DNA from: Klebsormidium nitens
Lineage: Eukaryota > Plantae > Klebsormidiophyceae
DNA: 64,000 bases
Direction of reading: 5' to 3'
Assembly: GCA_000708835.1 (NCBI GenBank)
Contig: DF237060.1
Coordinates: 62,001 to 126,000 of the forward strand
Both the position numbers and the translations under genes were made by a program. Below the pieces are notes generated by a model. The model was given only the letters and a program-made list of their open reading frames with translations. It searched no databases and had not been told where the DNA came from. Every line of letters starts with the position of its first letter. Within the stretch, counting starts at the first letter, position 1. Below, piece after piece: positions 24,030-35,506 of the stretch.

Positions 24030-25142
24030 ATTTCTCCCTCCTTCGATTAATACATAACGATCGAGAACCTTGTCAGCAACAAATAATACACGCGCGGAAT
24101 ATTATAAGGGTACGACAACCAGTGTCAAGAGAAAGCTTGCCCTGCTTGCGGTATTTTACCAAACCTTCCTTTTGCAACTTCGAAAGCCCCTGGGTCTCTC
24201 GCCAGACTTTTACTGAAAGGGTTACACCGTTGAAAGCTTTTCTTACTTGAGTCGATGCAGCAACGTACGTTTGCGGCACGATTCGGCTCAGGTCCTGAAT
24301 ATCCGCTCATAAGATCCGTGAATAGATCAAAACTCAGGACCCGGCGACTGGGCCTCTGTGTGGGCTCTTTGCATTCTGAGTACTGTGCATCATGTCCTCG
24401 ACCAAATCTGGAAAGTTCAAATTTCGAAAGCACAAGATGCAAAGCGGTCGAAGCTCAACGATTGTGCTCTGTGAATGTGTGCGGCCAGTTTCTTTCCATT
24501 CATTGCGGCCCGATCATCGAGCATTTCCCGCATTTCTCCCAATCCGGCAGATATGCCAACTGGCTACCGTCATATTATTACATATCTTTCTACGTGCTAC
24601 CAACAACTCGCTATTCGAGTTCAAGAAGATGTCGCGTCAATCATTCCTACGAGGCCGCTCATGTCCCGCTCATGTCAACTCCGCATGGCTTTTTTGTCCT
24701 CTCATTGAAGTTCGATCAATGATCTCACCACATTCCGGCATAAGAACAATACGGTGCTTCGAGATCAGGACTGGCGTATCAAACAAAGTTATTTGGACCG
24801 GAACGACAAAGGACAGAGTAATAGGTAGAAACGTATGCCGCTGATCGTTTCAAAACTCCAATAGACAGGCCCGGACCTCTGAGGCCCGGTTCCTTCTATG
24901 GCTCCGGGCCTGTTCCGGCGGACGGAAGTGACGCTGCCTGAAGACCGCCCAGCCAGCCCGCGCGCGGGTTCCGGGCGTTTCCTCCGCGGCCGCGGGCCCG
25001 GCCGAGAACGCTTCCGTCGGAAGCGCGATCCGAGCGGGCGGCGGCCACCGCTGCGGCGCGCGAAGAGCAAGTCCCAGACTCCCAGGCTAGGGCTAGACTA
25101 ATTAGAGGGGGAAAATGTTGGGCGGATAGTAGAGCTGCCGCC

Positions 25143-26118
25143 ATGGACACTATTCCGAACGACGTGCTGCTTACGATTGTTCACAAGCTGGCAGCCCAGG
25201 ACCCGCTCGCGCTGCTCACTGCCACCTGCGCCCGCGTGACCGACGAAAATGAGGAGGTCTGGAGAAACATCTTTTACGGCTCAGATGTGGACATAAATTT
25301 TGGAGAGAATTCAGCAGATTGGAGAGGAGAAACGGAGTCTTGATTTGGACGCTGAGGTAGAGTCACTGGGGGGATACAAGCATTTAGTGGCAGCGCGCTA
25401 TGCGGCGAAGGTTGCTACTGCAACGACCTCGGTTGAACAAAATAAGGCGAAAAGGCGCTGCTCAACTGTCATCTGCAACAGCTCTTGCAAAGGTCCTCTC
25501 AGCTCTCTTTGGGAACCCATGAAGGTCCTTATCTTAGTCCGTCTGCAAGATAGCGTGGTCTTGTGGGCCCTTAGAACGCCGAAAATGGTAAATCTGGGCT
25601 CGTTTGGAACTGCCGAACTCACAAGGTTGGAAGCCCAGTTGCAACTCGTACTCACGATTGACCACTTCGTGGAAGCCATGCAGAAGGAACGTCGCCGTCA
25701 TCGTGCGACACGTGACGAAAGCAAAAAAGGCCTTTGTGGAAGGTTTTCCCTTGAACTTTTTGAGGTGCAGCAACGTAAAACGGCACGCAAGGCGGTCACG
25801 ATTGCAAGGCGATGGAGTGGACCATTGAAAGTCTTCACGTATTTTAATTATGAGAAGATATTCTTCGAGCTACTTGGCCGGCTGCTACCGTCCTGCGAGC
25901 CGCCTGACGTCAGCGACGTAGGTTCAGGGCGAGAGGCAATGAGCGCGAGAGTGACTCTTGGATGGCGAGCGACGACAGAAGTGGAAAAGAGACGATGGCA
26001 GCGTTACCGCACAGAGACGCTAGATTGTCCTGGGTTCGACTTTTGCTGCTCGGCGTGCCAGTCAAACTGGGCGGTAGAAAAGCTGCACCTCACGGTGGAG
26101 ATACGCAGGATGTTCTGA
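25143..26118 (+). pseudogene. F-box-like family copy 4 (in-frame F-box deletion plus frameshift)
   Basis: CKAFL is missing from the F-box (TATCARVTDE). A frameshift near 25300-25340 splits the copy into ORFs 25143-25343 and 25300-26118. Confidence 0.8.
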
Positions 26119-26339
26119 GACTTTGTCGAGAAGAATACAAAAAGAATCATAGAGAATCAACCAGCATCAACGATTGTACGATATCCAGGTCAGGAGAAGC
26201 ATACTGCAGTCTGCGCTGAGAAAGCTGACTTGCATAGGGTACCTGTTCCTGATCAGACCTTCCCATCTTTAGCAGCGTTAGAGCCCATGTTCTCGAGATT
26301 CAGATTTCCATAGAAAGCTTACGAGTCGAAAGATCTTTG

Positions 26340-28140
26340 CACATCGGTCGCTGCAAGCACGGTTCAGGTCCTCACCATACTGTTTCCTACGATCCGTGTA
26401 TACATGCGCAACTGAAAAGCCAGGATGCGGGTTGCACCAGGACGCGGCGATTGGGCCCCTGTGCGTGTGGCCTTCCTGCATGATCAGTGCTATGCATGCT
26501 GTCCTCAAACAGATTGGAAGTATCCAGCTGTTACGAGTGCGCAAGATGAAAATTTGGATTCAAAGCCCAAGGGTTGTGATTTGTTTTTGTGCGCCCCGCT
26601 GCAGCCTCAGCGCGCGCCCCTTGTGTCTATCAGATCCCGGGAGAATTAGAACCGGCTCCCGTTACCTTTATATCGCGACTGCCATGTGCTACGAACATCG
26701 ATAACATCCAGCTTCAGGCCAATGGTGGCCTTTACCTTTCTCATGTCGATCCTGCATGCCCGTTCCTCTCAAGTCTGGTCAATCAACTCGTTCAGAACAT
26801 ATCGAATAGAGAATGATTGCCTTGGTTTAGTGGACTTTAAGATCCTGCTGACTATCGTCGGAGCGGATCGGAACCATACAAACCAGAGTTTGGCGGGCAG
26901 AAATGTCAGCGGCCGAGCGTTTCATCAAGGTTTGGAACAAGAGACCCGATAACATGGTCCTCTGAAACCCGGCTCCGGCTCCGGCTCCGGGCTTGGCTCC
27001 GGTGGATCGGACTGAGCAGCCTGATCTAAGCTGCCTACATTGAAGCGCTGCCGTTCCGACCGGAAGCGGTCAAAGAGCAATCAGAGTGCCGGGCCGGGGC
27101 GGACTTCGGTGATTTTCATTCAAGCCTGAGATGCCTCGCAGCGCGCTTCCTCCACGCGGCCCGCGGCCGCGGCCGCCGCCGCGGAAGTGCGTCCGGCGAG
27201 AACCGGGAACAGGTCTTCTTCCAGGGCGGAACAAACGGACGCCTTTGTCGAACGAGATTTAAACAGACGCGTTAGCCGGAAGAGCACCCGTTCCGAGTTG
27301 GTGCCGGACGCTCTCTTCGTCCGACGATCCTTCATCGTCGCGTCGGCGGCCTCCGTTGGTCCGACTTCGTGGCCGCGGCCGCGGCTGTGGCGTGAAGAAA
27401 GCTACGAGGCGCCTTCCGCTTTCTCAAAGCGGGAGCGGAATCCGACGGAATCAGCCCCGGCCCGGTTCTCTCAGGTCGGAACGGCAGCGCGGCTCAGTTC
27501 CGCCGCCAGAACAAGCTCGGAGCCGATGTTCCGGACCTCGTTTTCTAACTTTGAACTCGGCCGCTTACGTTTTTGTTTCTGCCCACCAAACTCTGTTTCG
27601 GTCCGCTTCGACTCCATTCTGGTTTAGCATAAGCGTGACGTTTGCAACAAGGTAATAATTTCCATTCCGATATGTTTTAGCCTGTGACTGACCCAATTTG
27701 AGAGGGCCGTCGTGAAATCGGATCGCCAAATATGGACCGACGCCATCATCTGCCTGACGCTATATATTATAGACATTCGTAGCAGATTCATCGTGCCAAG
27801 AAACAAACGGGCAGCCGGCGGTTCCGTTTTCAGCCAGAGTTGTAAACATGCGGGGCCCGCACCAGGCCGCAACCAGAACGGTAATGATGGGCGCACATGT
27901 GCAGATCAAAACTTTCGGGCTTCGAATCCAAATTTTCATCCTGCGCTTTCAAAGTTGATCTTTCTAGTTTGGTCGAGGACATCATGCATATCTTCCAGCA
28001 CGTAGGAAGCCCATACCGTGGCTTAATCGCCGCTTCGTGATTTATCCCGCATCTAGTAGCTTTTGGGTTGCGCATACAGAAAAATGCGTGAGCGAATGAT
28101 GCATGAGCTAACAAAGTAAGGGACCTGAGTCGAGAGGTGT
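26340..28140. repeat. Imperfect inverted duplication of the F-box unit 3' flank, centred near 27240
   Basis: Anchor pairs: CCAGAGTTTGGCGGGCAGAAA (26883) vs TTTCTGCCCACCAAACTCTG (27576), and GCAAGATGAAAATTTGGATTCAAAGCCC (26541) vs GGGCTTCGAATCCAAATTTTCATCCTGC (27917). Confidence 0.8.
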
Positions 28141-28491
28141 GCCGCAAATACCCCTTTCTTGCAACGACCATTCACAAAGTTCCTCGTCTTAACGGGCTTG
28201 TTACAATCTATCTCACGGGAAACTTGAACCGCTTCAGATGAGAACCTGAACGTCTGCAATCAATGTTCAAAGTATGACTGCATTGACCGCTGTCAAAAGA
28301 AGAATCTAAGATGCAGACCTCCGGACATCAACCCAATATTCGGGAGCTTTCGGACTACGGTCATTTGACGTTGGACTGATTCTCAAAAGGCACGCTACTC
28401 AAATTTGCTTCCTGACAACGCTGCCAGTAGGTGCCTTCTTTTGTAGACTCGGAGCATGTGTAAAATGTTGCTGTATTCCTTTCAAGCTTCC

Positions 28492-29326
28492 CTAGCGGCA
28501 CTGTTGACGATTGGAAAAAGATCTCCATCGTTGTGGGCGTAATTCGACGGTAAGAATCAGGTTCTCAAGCGCCCAGTCTGACTGGCACGCCGAGCAGCAG
28601 AACTCACGCCAGCCCTGTCTCAGGGACGAAACAATATACTTCTCATGCCGCCATCTCTGCTTTTCCCCTGGTGATGTCGGTCGTGATCCAAGGATTACAA
28701 ACGCGCTCAGTGATTCGTCAACTCCGCCAGCCGGGTTAGTCGGTAGTAGCCGGCCGTTTAGATCATACGTAACCGCCTCGTAATCTAACAAATCAGAGAA
28801 AACCAGTGTACCACTCCAGAGCCTTGCAATCGTGACGGTCTCGTCACGTGCGTCCTGACGTGGCTGCAGCTCAAAAAGCTCAAGGGACATCTTGTCACAA
28901 AGGCCGTTCTTGCTTTTGCCACGTGGCGTGCATTCCTTCCGCAAGGCTTCCACAAAACGATCGGTCGTAGACACTGGTTGCAACTGGATATCAATCTTTG
29001 GGAGAATCATGCTACCAGGAGGTATTGAGCCCAGTTGCTATTGAAGCAACCCTAATTGCATATGGCGCTGCCACAAGGTGTTTAAACCCCCCCAGTGATT
29101 CTACCACAGCACCCAATGCAGAGTTTGCGTCTGCATCTTGCACACCTGCTTCAATTTCTTGCTTAATTCTCGACCCGTAAAAGGTTTCCTTCCAGACGCC
29201 CGGGTTCTCCTCCGACACGCGCAGAAACACTTTACAGGCGCAGGTCGCAGTCAGCAGGGCGAGCGGGTCCTGGGCTGCCAGCTTGTGAAAAATGGAGAGC
29301 AGCACGTCGCTCGGAAGACTGTCCAT
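28492..29326 (-). pseudogene. F-box-like family copy 5 (internal deletion with premature stop)
   Basis: ATG at 29326 (MDSLPSDVLL), stop at 29012. The KRRCL...RLQG..LWG block is missing. The remainder (IQLQPVST...FCCSACQSDW) is in ORF 28492-29010. Confidence 0.8.
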
Positions 29327-29534
29327 GGCCGCCGCGCTGTCATCTGCCTGACAACAGAAATCAAGTCTAGAATAAGCACTGCTGGAGGGCTCGAGTATCG
29401 CGCGCCGCAGCCGCGGCCGCCAGCACAGCATGCCGGCGGCCGCGCGCGGCCGCGGCGCGCCGAGAGCACGTTGCAGGGCAAAGAGTACTTCACCAGAGTT
29501 TGCACAGCTTGTCAGGCATTTAAGAGCGGCGGCC
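29327..29534. promoter_or_regulatory. 208-bp GC-rich divergent promoter between F-box copies 5 and 6
   Basis: Head-to-head ATGs at 29326 (-) and 29535 (+). It contains GCCGCGGCCGC clusters and a TTTGYACAGC box about 35 nt before the ATG, both recurring upstream of copies 1, 2 and 7 and in altered form upstream of copy 8. Confidence 0.6.
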
Positions 29535-30524
29535 ATGGAGACTCTCCCGAGCGACGTGCTGCTCGTGATCGTTCACAAGCTGGCAGCCCAGGACCCGCTC
29601 GCGCTGCTGACCTCCGCCTGCGCCATCAAGGCTTTCCTCCGCGTGACTGAGGACACTCCGGGGGTCTGGAAGGAGGTCTTCTACGGCTCGAGGCTTGGGC
29701 AAGAAAGAGCGCAAAATGATAAGCTTTTGGACGGGAATCCGGAGCTGAATGCTGAGGTGGAGTCACTGGGCGGGTTCAAGGTTCTGGTGGCAGCGCGATA
29801 TGCAGAGAAGCTTGCAACTGCATCTACCCGGGTTGAACAAAGCCAGGCAAAAAGGCGCTGCTTAGGCAGTTGCGATGCGTCTTCAGATATCTTGTTGAAA
29901 CCAAAGGATTGTTCTGTTGAGCCCAATAAGATTCTAATCTTGCTTTGCCTGCAAATAAGGGTCCTCTCGTGGGGCCACCATACGTACGTGAGCCAAAATG
30001 GCTGTAAAAGCCTTACGACCCTGCATCCCCTCCAAAATATCAGCGTCCAATTGCAACCGGTGTTCACGAATGAACACTTCGTAGAAGCCCTGGAAAAGGA
30101 GCGCGGCCGCCGTCGCGCGACACCTGGGCTCCTTGGCAAGAAAGGCCTCTGCGGGAAGGTGTCCGTTGAGGTTTACGAATTGCAGCCGCACAATTCCGGC
30201 GGGGAGGCTTATGCGGTTGCGAGACTGTGGAGGGGGCCTCTCAGATCCTGGATCCACCTAACCTACAAGGAGGTGTCCTATGGATTTAACGACCAACTCT
30301 TACCGGCTTGCCCGCCTGAAGAATCTGAAGAATCGCTGAAGGCGTCCGTGACTGTTGGGCAGCGACCGACGTCGGATGGTGAAGGGCGCAGATGGAAGAA
30401 TCTTGTACATAAAGTGCAGCTCAAGGGATCTGTGGATGAGTCCGAGTTTTGCTGCCCAACGTGCGAATCGGACTGGAGTTTCGAGAAGCTGACCCTTGCG
30501 GTGGAACTACGCACGGCCTCTTAG
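29535..30524 (+). CDS. F-box-like family copy 6 (intact, intronless, 329 aa)
   Basis: The family start METLPSDVLL is at 29535 (the ORF-track extension to 29430 is promoter sequence). All motifs are present and it ends FCCPTCESDW. Confidence 0.85.
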   Translation: METLPSDVLLVIVHKLAAQDPLALLTSACAIKAFLRVTEDTPGVWKEVFYGSRLGQERAQNDKLLDGNPELNAEVESLGGFKVLVAARYAEKLATASTRVEQSQAKRRCLGSCDASSDILLKPKDCSVEPNKILILLCLQIRVLSWGHHTYVSQNGCKSLTTLHPLQNISVQLQPVFTNEHFVEALEKERGRRRATPGLLGKKGLCGKVSVEVYELQPHNSGGEAYAVARLWRGPLRSWIHLTYKEVSYGFNDQLLPACPPEESEESLKASVTVGQRPTSDGEGRRWKNLVHKVQLKGSVDESEFCCPTCESDWSFEKLTLAVELRTAS

Positions 30525-31924
30525 ATTTCCTCTGTTTTCAGCCTCTAATCACGATGCAAAATCCCGTAACGACGGAGATAGACAAATTTTCCAGGCCTGA
30601 TACGGAATACAGAAGCATCACCAGAAGCGTACTTGTTGAGGCGGTTCCCTGTTAGACTCCACTTGGAAACCTGTACTTCGTTTTAATTTATAACTAGGAT
30701 GGGCAGATTCCGTGAGGAGATAGACTGTTTGCAATCATTCTGGACAGCTCATCGATGAACTCATTTCATGAGAAGATATTGCTAGCATACCGCTCAAGCC
30801 CTCCGCGCAAGCAGCTTCACCGCTCTTGCAAAGAGCCTTTGAACCCTTCTTTCTAGACGAAGCGTTGATTGAGACGTTTTGCTCGAAGTCTCAACCGTTT
30901 GACAAACGCTGCAATCAAATCATGTGCTGGATACGTATGCGTTCATACTGTTTTCTATGTAGTGCTACGATGTCCGAGCGTTTGGGCCCTTTCTTGGTGA
31001 CATATGTTTCAATTCATCAGTCTCGTCTTGAGCTCTGAGGTTCTTATCTATCTTCTGGAGAATCCCCTAAGCTAATAACAACCCTGTATGAGTTCAGTGT
31101 CCGGCAGTGAGTCATGCTTCATGACGTTTAACACGCGGGGAATAATGTACGAAATTTCCTCCAGTAATTAACCTACTTGATGCGATCAAAAACCCAGCGT
31201 GTATATATGCTTCTGTCCATTAGTCACTGCTTGCCACGAGAGGAGCCTTTGATTCAAGCATCATGGCGTGACCTGTACTCCTGAGTTTTGAAGAACATAT
31301 CTGCAATTCTGCCTGCATCATCGGATCCGCAGTGCTTTCATCAGCAAATCATTGATACCTTTAGAAAGCACGTCAGCGCGAGCTCTGAGTACGTGTGTCA
31401 GCAGTAACGTTGAGACGGGGCGAAGACGCGAAGCATTTGATTGGCTGAACTTCCCTTCGGAGCAACTTTGTGAAGCGCACTGTTCTGCGTAAGTGCAGAA
31501 GCTGGTGCCGACATATACCTACATAAGAGGGCCGCGGCTCTATCAGGTCGAGCCAGTCAGGCGCCCCTCAGCCAACAGGTCTGAGCAATCGAATGAGGTC
31601 GAAGCCTCAAAACACCACGACTGTGTGGTTGAGATCCTAGAATATAGCTAGTTAAGGGAAGCCGTTTCCGGGCAGCCGCTCACGAGGGCGCTGCCACGTC
31701 GGCCATACCGAGCGAGGCGGCCGGGCTGCGCTGGCCGGCTTTGGACGTTGGAGCCGCGCGGCCGCGCAGGCGGCCGTCCAGGCTGTGCGATCTGATCGGG
31801 CCGCACGCGGACCCGACGTATGCCGACGGCGCGGCCGTGTGGCGCAAAACTGAAGTCACAGGGCAATCCCAGCAGCTAGGCCAGAGTTTGTACAGCTTGT
31901 TAGGCAAATTACGGAGCGGCGGCC

Positions 31925-33040
31925 ATGGACAGTCTTCCGAGCGACGTGCTGCTGGCGATTGTTCACAAGCTGGCAAGCCAGGAGCCGCTCGCCCTGCTGA
32001 CGGCCACCTGCGCCTGCAAGGCTTTCCTCCGGGTGACTGATGAGCATCCGGGGGTCTGGAAAGTCATCTTTTACGGTTCAGGTGCTAAACAAGAAAGTGA
32101 TAAAGATTTTCAGCACAGAGACGAGAACCCGGTGTTGGATGCTGAGATAGAGTCTCTGGGCGGTTTCAAACAGTTCGTGGCAGCACGACATGCAGCAAAC
32201 TTTCTCTCTGCATCCACCACGGTTGAACAAAGCCAGGCGAAAAGGCGCTGCTTAGATATCGGCAGTACTTCTCGCGAAGGCTTTGTGAAGTCGACGGATG
32301 CTTTCAAGGAGCCCAGCATCAATTGCAAGGTTCTCATTTTGATTCGTCTGCAAGGCAGGGTTATCTTGTGGGGTTTGCATACGCTAGCAGATATAAACCA
32401 GGGCTCGCTACCTAGTGTCGGGCTCACCCACTTTCTAGCTGGGCTCAGAGCCCAGTTACAACCCCTTTTCACGACTGATCACTTCGTGGAAGCCATGCGA
32501 AAGGACCGCGGCCGCCGTTGCGCGACACGTAGTAGGGGTAACAAGAAAGGCCTGTGTGAAAAGTTGTGGCTTGAGCTTTTCGAGCTGCAGCCAAATCAGA
32601 CAGCACGTGGCGGGTCGGTCATGATTGCAGGGTTGTGGAGTGGACCTCTGGAATTCCGCGAGTATCTGATCACGATAAAGGCACTTGCTTTTAACTTGAG
32701 AGGCTGGCTGCTACCGACTTGCGCCTTTGTCGGATCCCGTCCGGATGGGAGAGAAGTGGACGTATTTGTGGATCTTGGATCGCGACCGACGTCACAAGGG
32801 GAGAAGAAGAGATGGCGGCATGATGACGTACACATCAGAGAGTGTTGGGGGGAGGAAGAGAACGAGTTCTGCTGCTCGGCGTGCGAATCGGATTGGGCGG
32901 TCAAGGAGCTGGAACTTACGGTAGAGATCAGCGATTTTAACAGCGTTGTAAGACCTTGTTTGTTCCCAAGAAAGTACAATAAAAACCCCTGGAACGACTT
33001 GACAGCAGTGAAGAAGACAAAGTCTCAAAGGGTACCGTGA
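31925..33040 (+). CDS. F-box-like family copy 7 (intact, intronless, 371 aa)
   Basis: Single ORF with all motifs. It is the closest paralogue of copy 8 and has a longer C-terminal tail. Confidence 0.85.
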   Translation: MDSLPSDVLLAIVHKLASQEPLALLTATCACKAFLRVTDEHPGVWKVIFYGSGAKQESDKDFQHRDENPVLDAEIESLGGFKQFVAARHAANFLSASTTVEQSQAKRRCLDIGSTSREGFVKSTDAFKEPSINCKVLILIRLQGRVILWGLHTLADINQGSLPSVGLTHFLAGLRAQLQPLFTTDHFVEAMRKDRGRRCATRSRGNKKGLCEKLWLELFELQPNQTARGGSVMIAGLWSGPLEFREYLITIKALAFNLRGWLLPTCAFVGSRPDGREVDVFVDLGSRPTSQGEKKRWRHDDVHIRECWGEEENEFCCSACESDWAVKELELTVEISDFNSVVRPCLFPRKYNKNPWNDLTAVKKTKSQRVP

Positions 33041-33643
33041 AAGCGGCTGAACGGTATCGTTAGAGAGCGGTTTTGTAAGGATCTCTCCGCCGTTGAAGCC
33101 CATAAGTGCTGTTCTGGAACACCGTGAGGTCTACGGCTTGACATTCTCAATAGAAGCAGCTGATGCAATCTTCAGTGTGCACGTATATTGCAGCCGTACC
33201 GTTCAGGTCCTCAGGATTTGCAAGTGTACTTTCCGCAAGAAGTTCAGAGCGGTATGTCTTCAACACACCGGTAGGGGTACAGACCTTTCATTTAAGATGA
33301 GGTTGAATATTTCTGAAGTCACGGCTAACTCTTTGCTGAGAGACAGCTCATAAATGAAACGCTGTCAACATTCGAGCTGAATATTGATGAAGAGGACACA
33401 GGAGCATGCAAGCCAACAGGTATATGGTCAAAGGAGTCGCTTGCATGCTGCGATGATTGCAGAGCACAGTCCCATTCCAGAACTATGACACGTGTCGAAT
33501 GCATTCTGAATTCCGTCGTTGATCCATCCACTTTCAGGTTTTCCCCTCCTGCTCAACGTCCGCGGACATGTCATGTGTGGACGGCAACTTGATCACCTTT
33601 AGTACTCCCTGTGCAGAATAAATTTCTAAACCTTTCTCAAACA

Positions 33644-33823
33644 CACAGGAAGGTTTGGCTGCTAACCAGGTTCGCTAACCAGTCTTCAGTCTGGTTCTTT
33701 GACCAATAACCGCGTTATAGCCATGTTAGAAACCTGGTCACTCCCCGAGTCTGGTCATTAGACAGTTGACCAGCTTCGAACCAGCCCGTAACCGACTATG
33801 GTTAACCGCCAAAGAACCCTGTG
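33644..33823. mobile_element. 180-bp MITE-like insertion with CAC...GTG termini and 3-bp target duplication
   Basis: 24-nt imperfect TIRs (CACAGGAAGGTTTGGCTGCTAACC vs reverse complement CACAGGGTTCTTTGGCGGTTAACC, 18/24), flanked by ACA on both sides. The paralogous site in unit 8 (near 37215) is empty. Confidence 0.7.
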
Positions 33824-35506
33824 ACATCACGTGAGACCGAACCCACGTTGTATGCACATGTGCTGGTGCGTGACATGACTGAATCACGCCGATCTTGATG
33901 CTATATGGCTGGACAAAGCGTGACGCATTGTGCAGATAAGCTCCTCGCGATAGACGTGCCCGTGTAGTCTGCGACTTGACTCGAAAGCTTGATTCTCTAA
34001 TGAAAGCACGCACGCCTTCTAGATGGTGGGTCTAACAAGCATTCTGTCTGATCAAAAGCGCAAGCTCCAGAATGTATATCAACGGTACCGTTGAACGTAT
34101 AATTGGCCGCGGGCGCAAACGGAGCGCGAAGCTAAGCATTAAAACGGAAGGAAACGCTTAATTTCTCAAGGATTTCTGGTATGCTTCAAATCTTAAGAAA
34201 AGGCATCTTCACTTTGTCAGTCGGCTTTCATTCCGATGGATTCAGATCCGGGCAATCACAGCGGAATTTAAGCTACAATTGAGCACCCACCGTCTGTGGT
34301 CAAGACGTTTGCACGTCATGTATGGGAAGAACCGATCGAAGCGGGCACTGAACACGCACACGAAAAGCACGCAGCTGGCCAATAAAAAGCCGAAGGTACA
34401 CGAGAATATTCTCAGGATAACGACATCACAGATTCGACAAAAAATGCTTCGAGGGCAAAATGTTGACCTGTCGGGTCACAATTTGGTGATGGATCAGCGG
34501 AATTCATTACAACACTTTGGCTCGGGCATGGGTGGTGCCCTCCAGACGCCAATCTGTCGGGGGGGGGAGTTTGCGATGCCTGTATAGATTCAGTGGCCGG
34601 CAACAATTCATGCTTCAAGACATTTGACATACGAAATATAAGAAACGAAGTTTTGGTCAGTAAGTTGCCTGACTGATGTGACGACAAACCTAAAGTGTAT
34701 GCTTCTGTCCACGATAAAAGCCTCCCACGAGGGGAGCCCTGATTTAAGCATGGCATGGCGTGAGCCGTACTCCTGCCAACCCTATGAATCCTGCCTGCAT
34801 CATCAGATACTGAGTGCTTTCATCGGCAACAGCAATACTTCCTGAAGGTTGCTACCTCGAGTTTGTCAAGGTAGGCGCACGCCCGCGCGACTTCTAAGTA
34901 AGTAACTTAGCAGTACTGTCGCGAGGTATCAATTCGCTGAACTGCCCGTGAGAGCAGATCCTTCCCAGTTAGGTCAAGCGCACTGTTTTGCTTGAGTGCA
35001 GAAAGCTGGTGCCGACATTAGAGGGCTGCCGCTTTATCAGGTCGAGCCAGCCGGGCGCCCCTCGCCCAACAGATCTGAGCGATTAAATGGGGTCGAATCC
35101 TTAAAGCCCACGACCCTCTGTGTTTGTCGCGTTGGAGATCGTTTCGGCACACGATGAACGTAACTTCTGCCCACTTCGACATCTCGCTTGCAGCTCAGAC
35201 TGCTCATATCGGGAAGCCTTTTTATATTCCTCCGAAAGCCGTTTTGCTGCTGGGCAGCCGCCCTTCCATGAAGCGGCTGCCACGTCGGACATATATACCG
35301 AGCGAGGCGGCCCAGCCGCGCTGGCCGGCCGCGCGGCCGTGAGTCCCGGGCGGCCGTCCCGGTGCGATCTGACCGAGCCGCGCGCGCGGACTCGACGTGT
35401 ACCACGGCCGCGGCCGCTTGGCGCGAGACCGTACTCAAGTCAGCAGAGAGGCTAGAACAAAAGTTTGTAAGATACAGCTTGGTGTGCGAAGTGCGGAGCA
35501 GCGGCC

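Noticed and set aside
24250-28200. Conserved 3' flanks of F-box units as a second, linked gene
   Set aside because: Nucleotide similarity exists but reading frames and stops are not conserved between copies.
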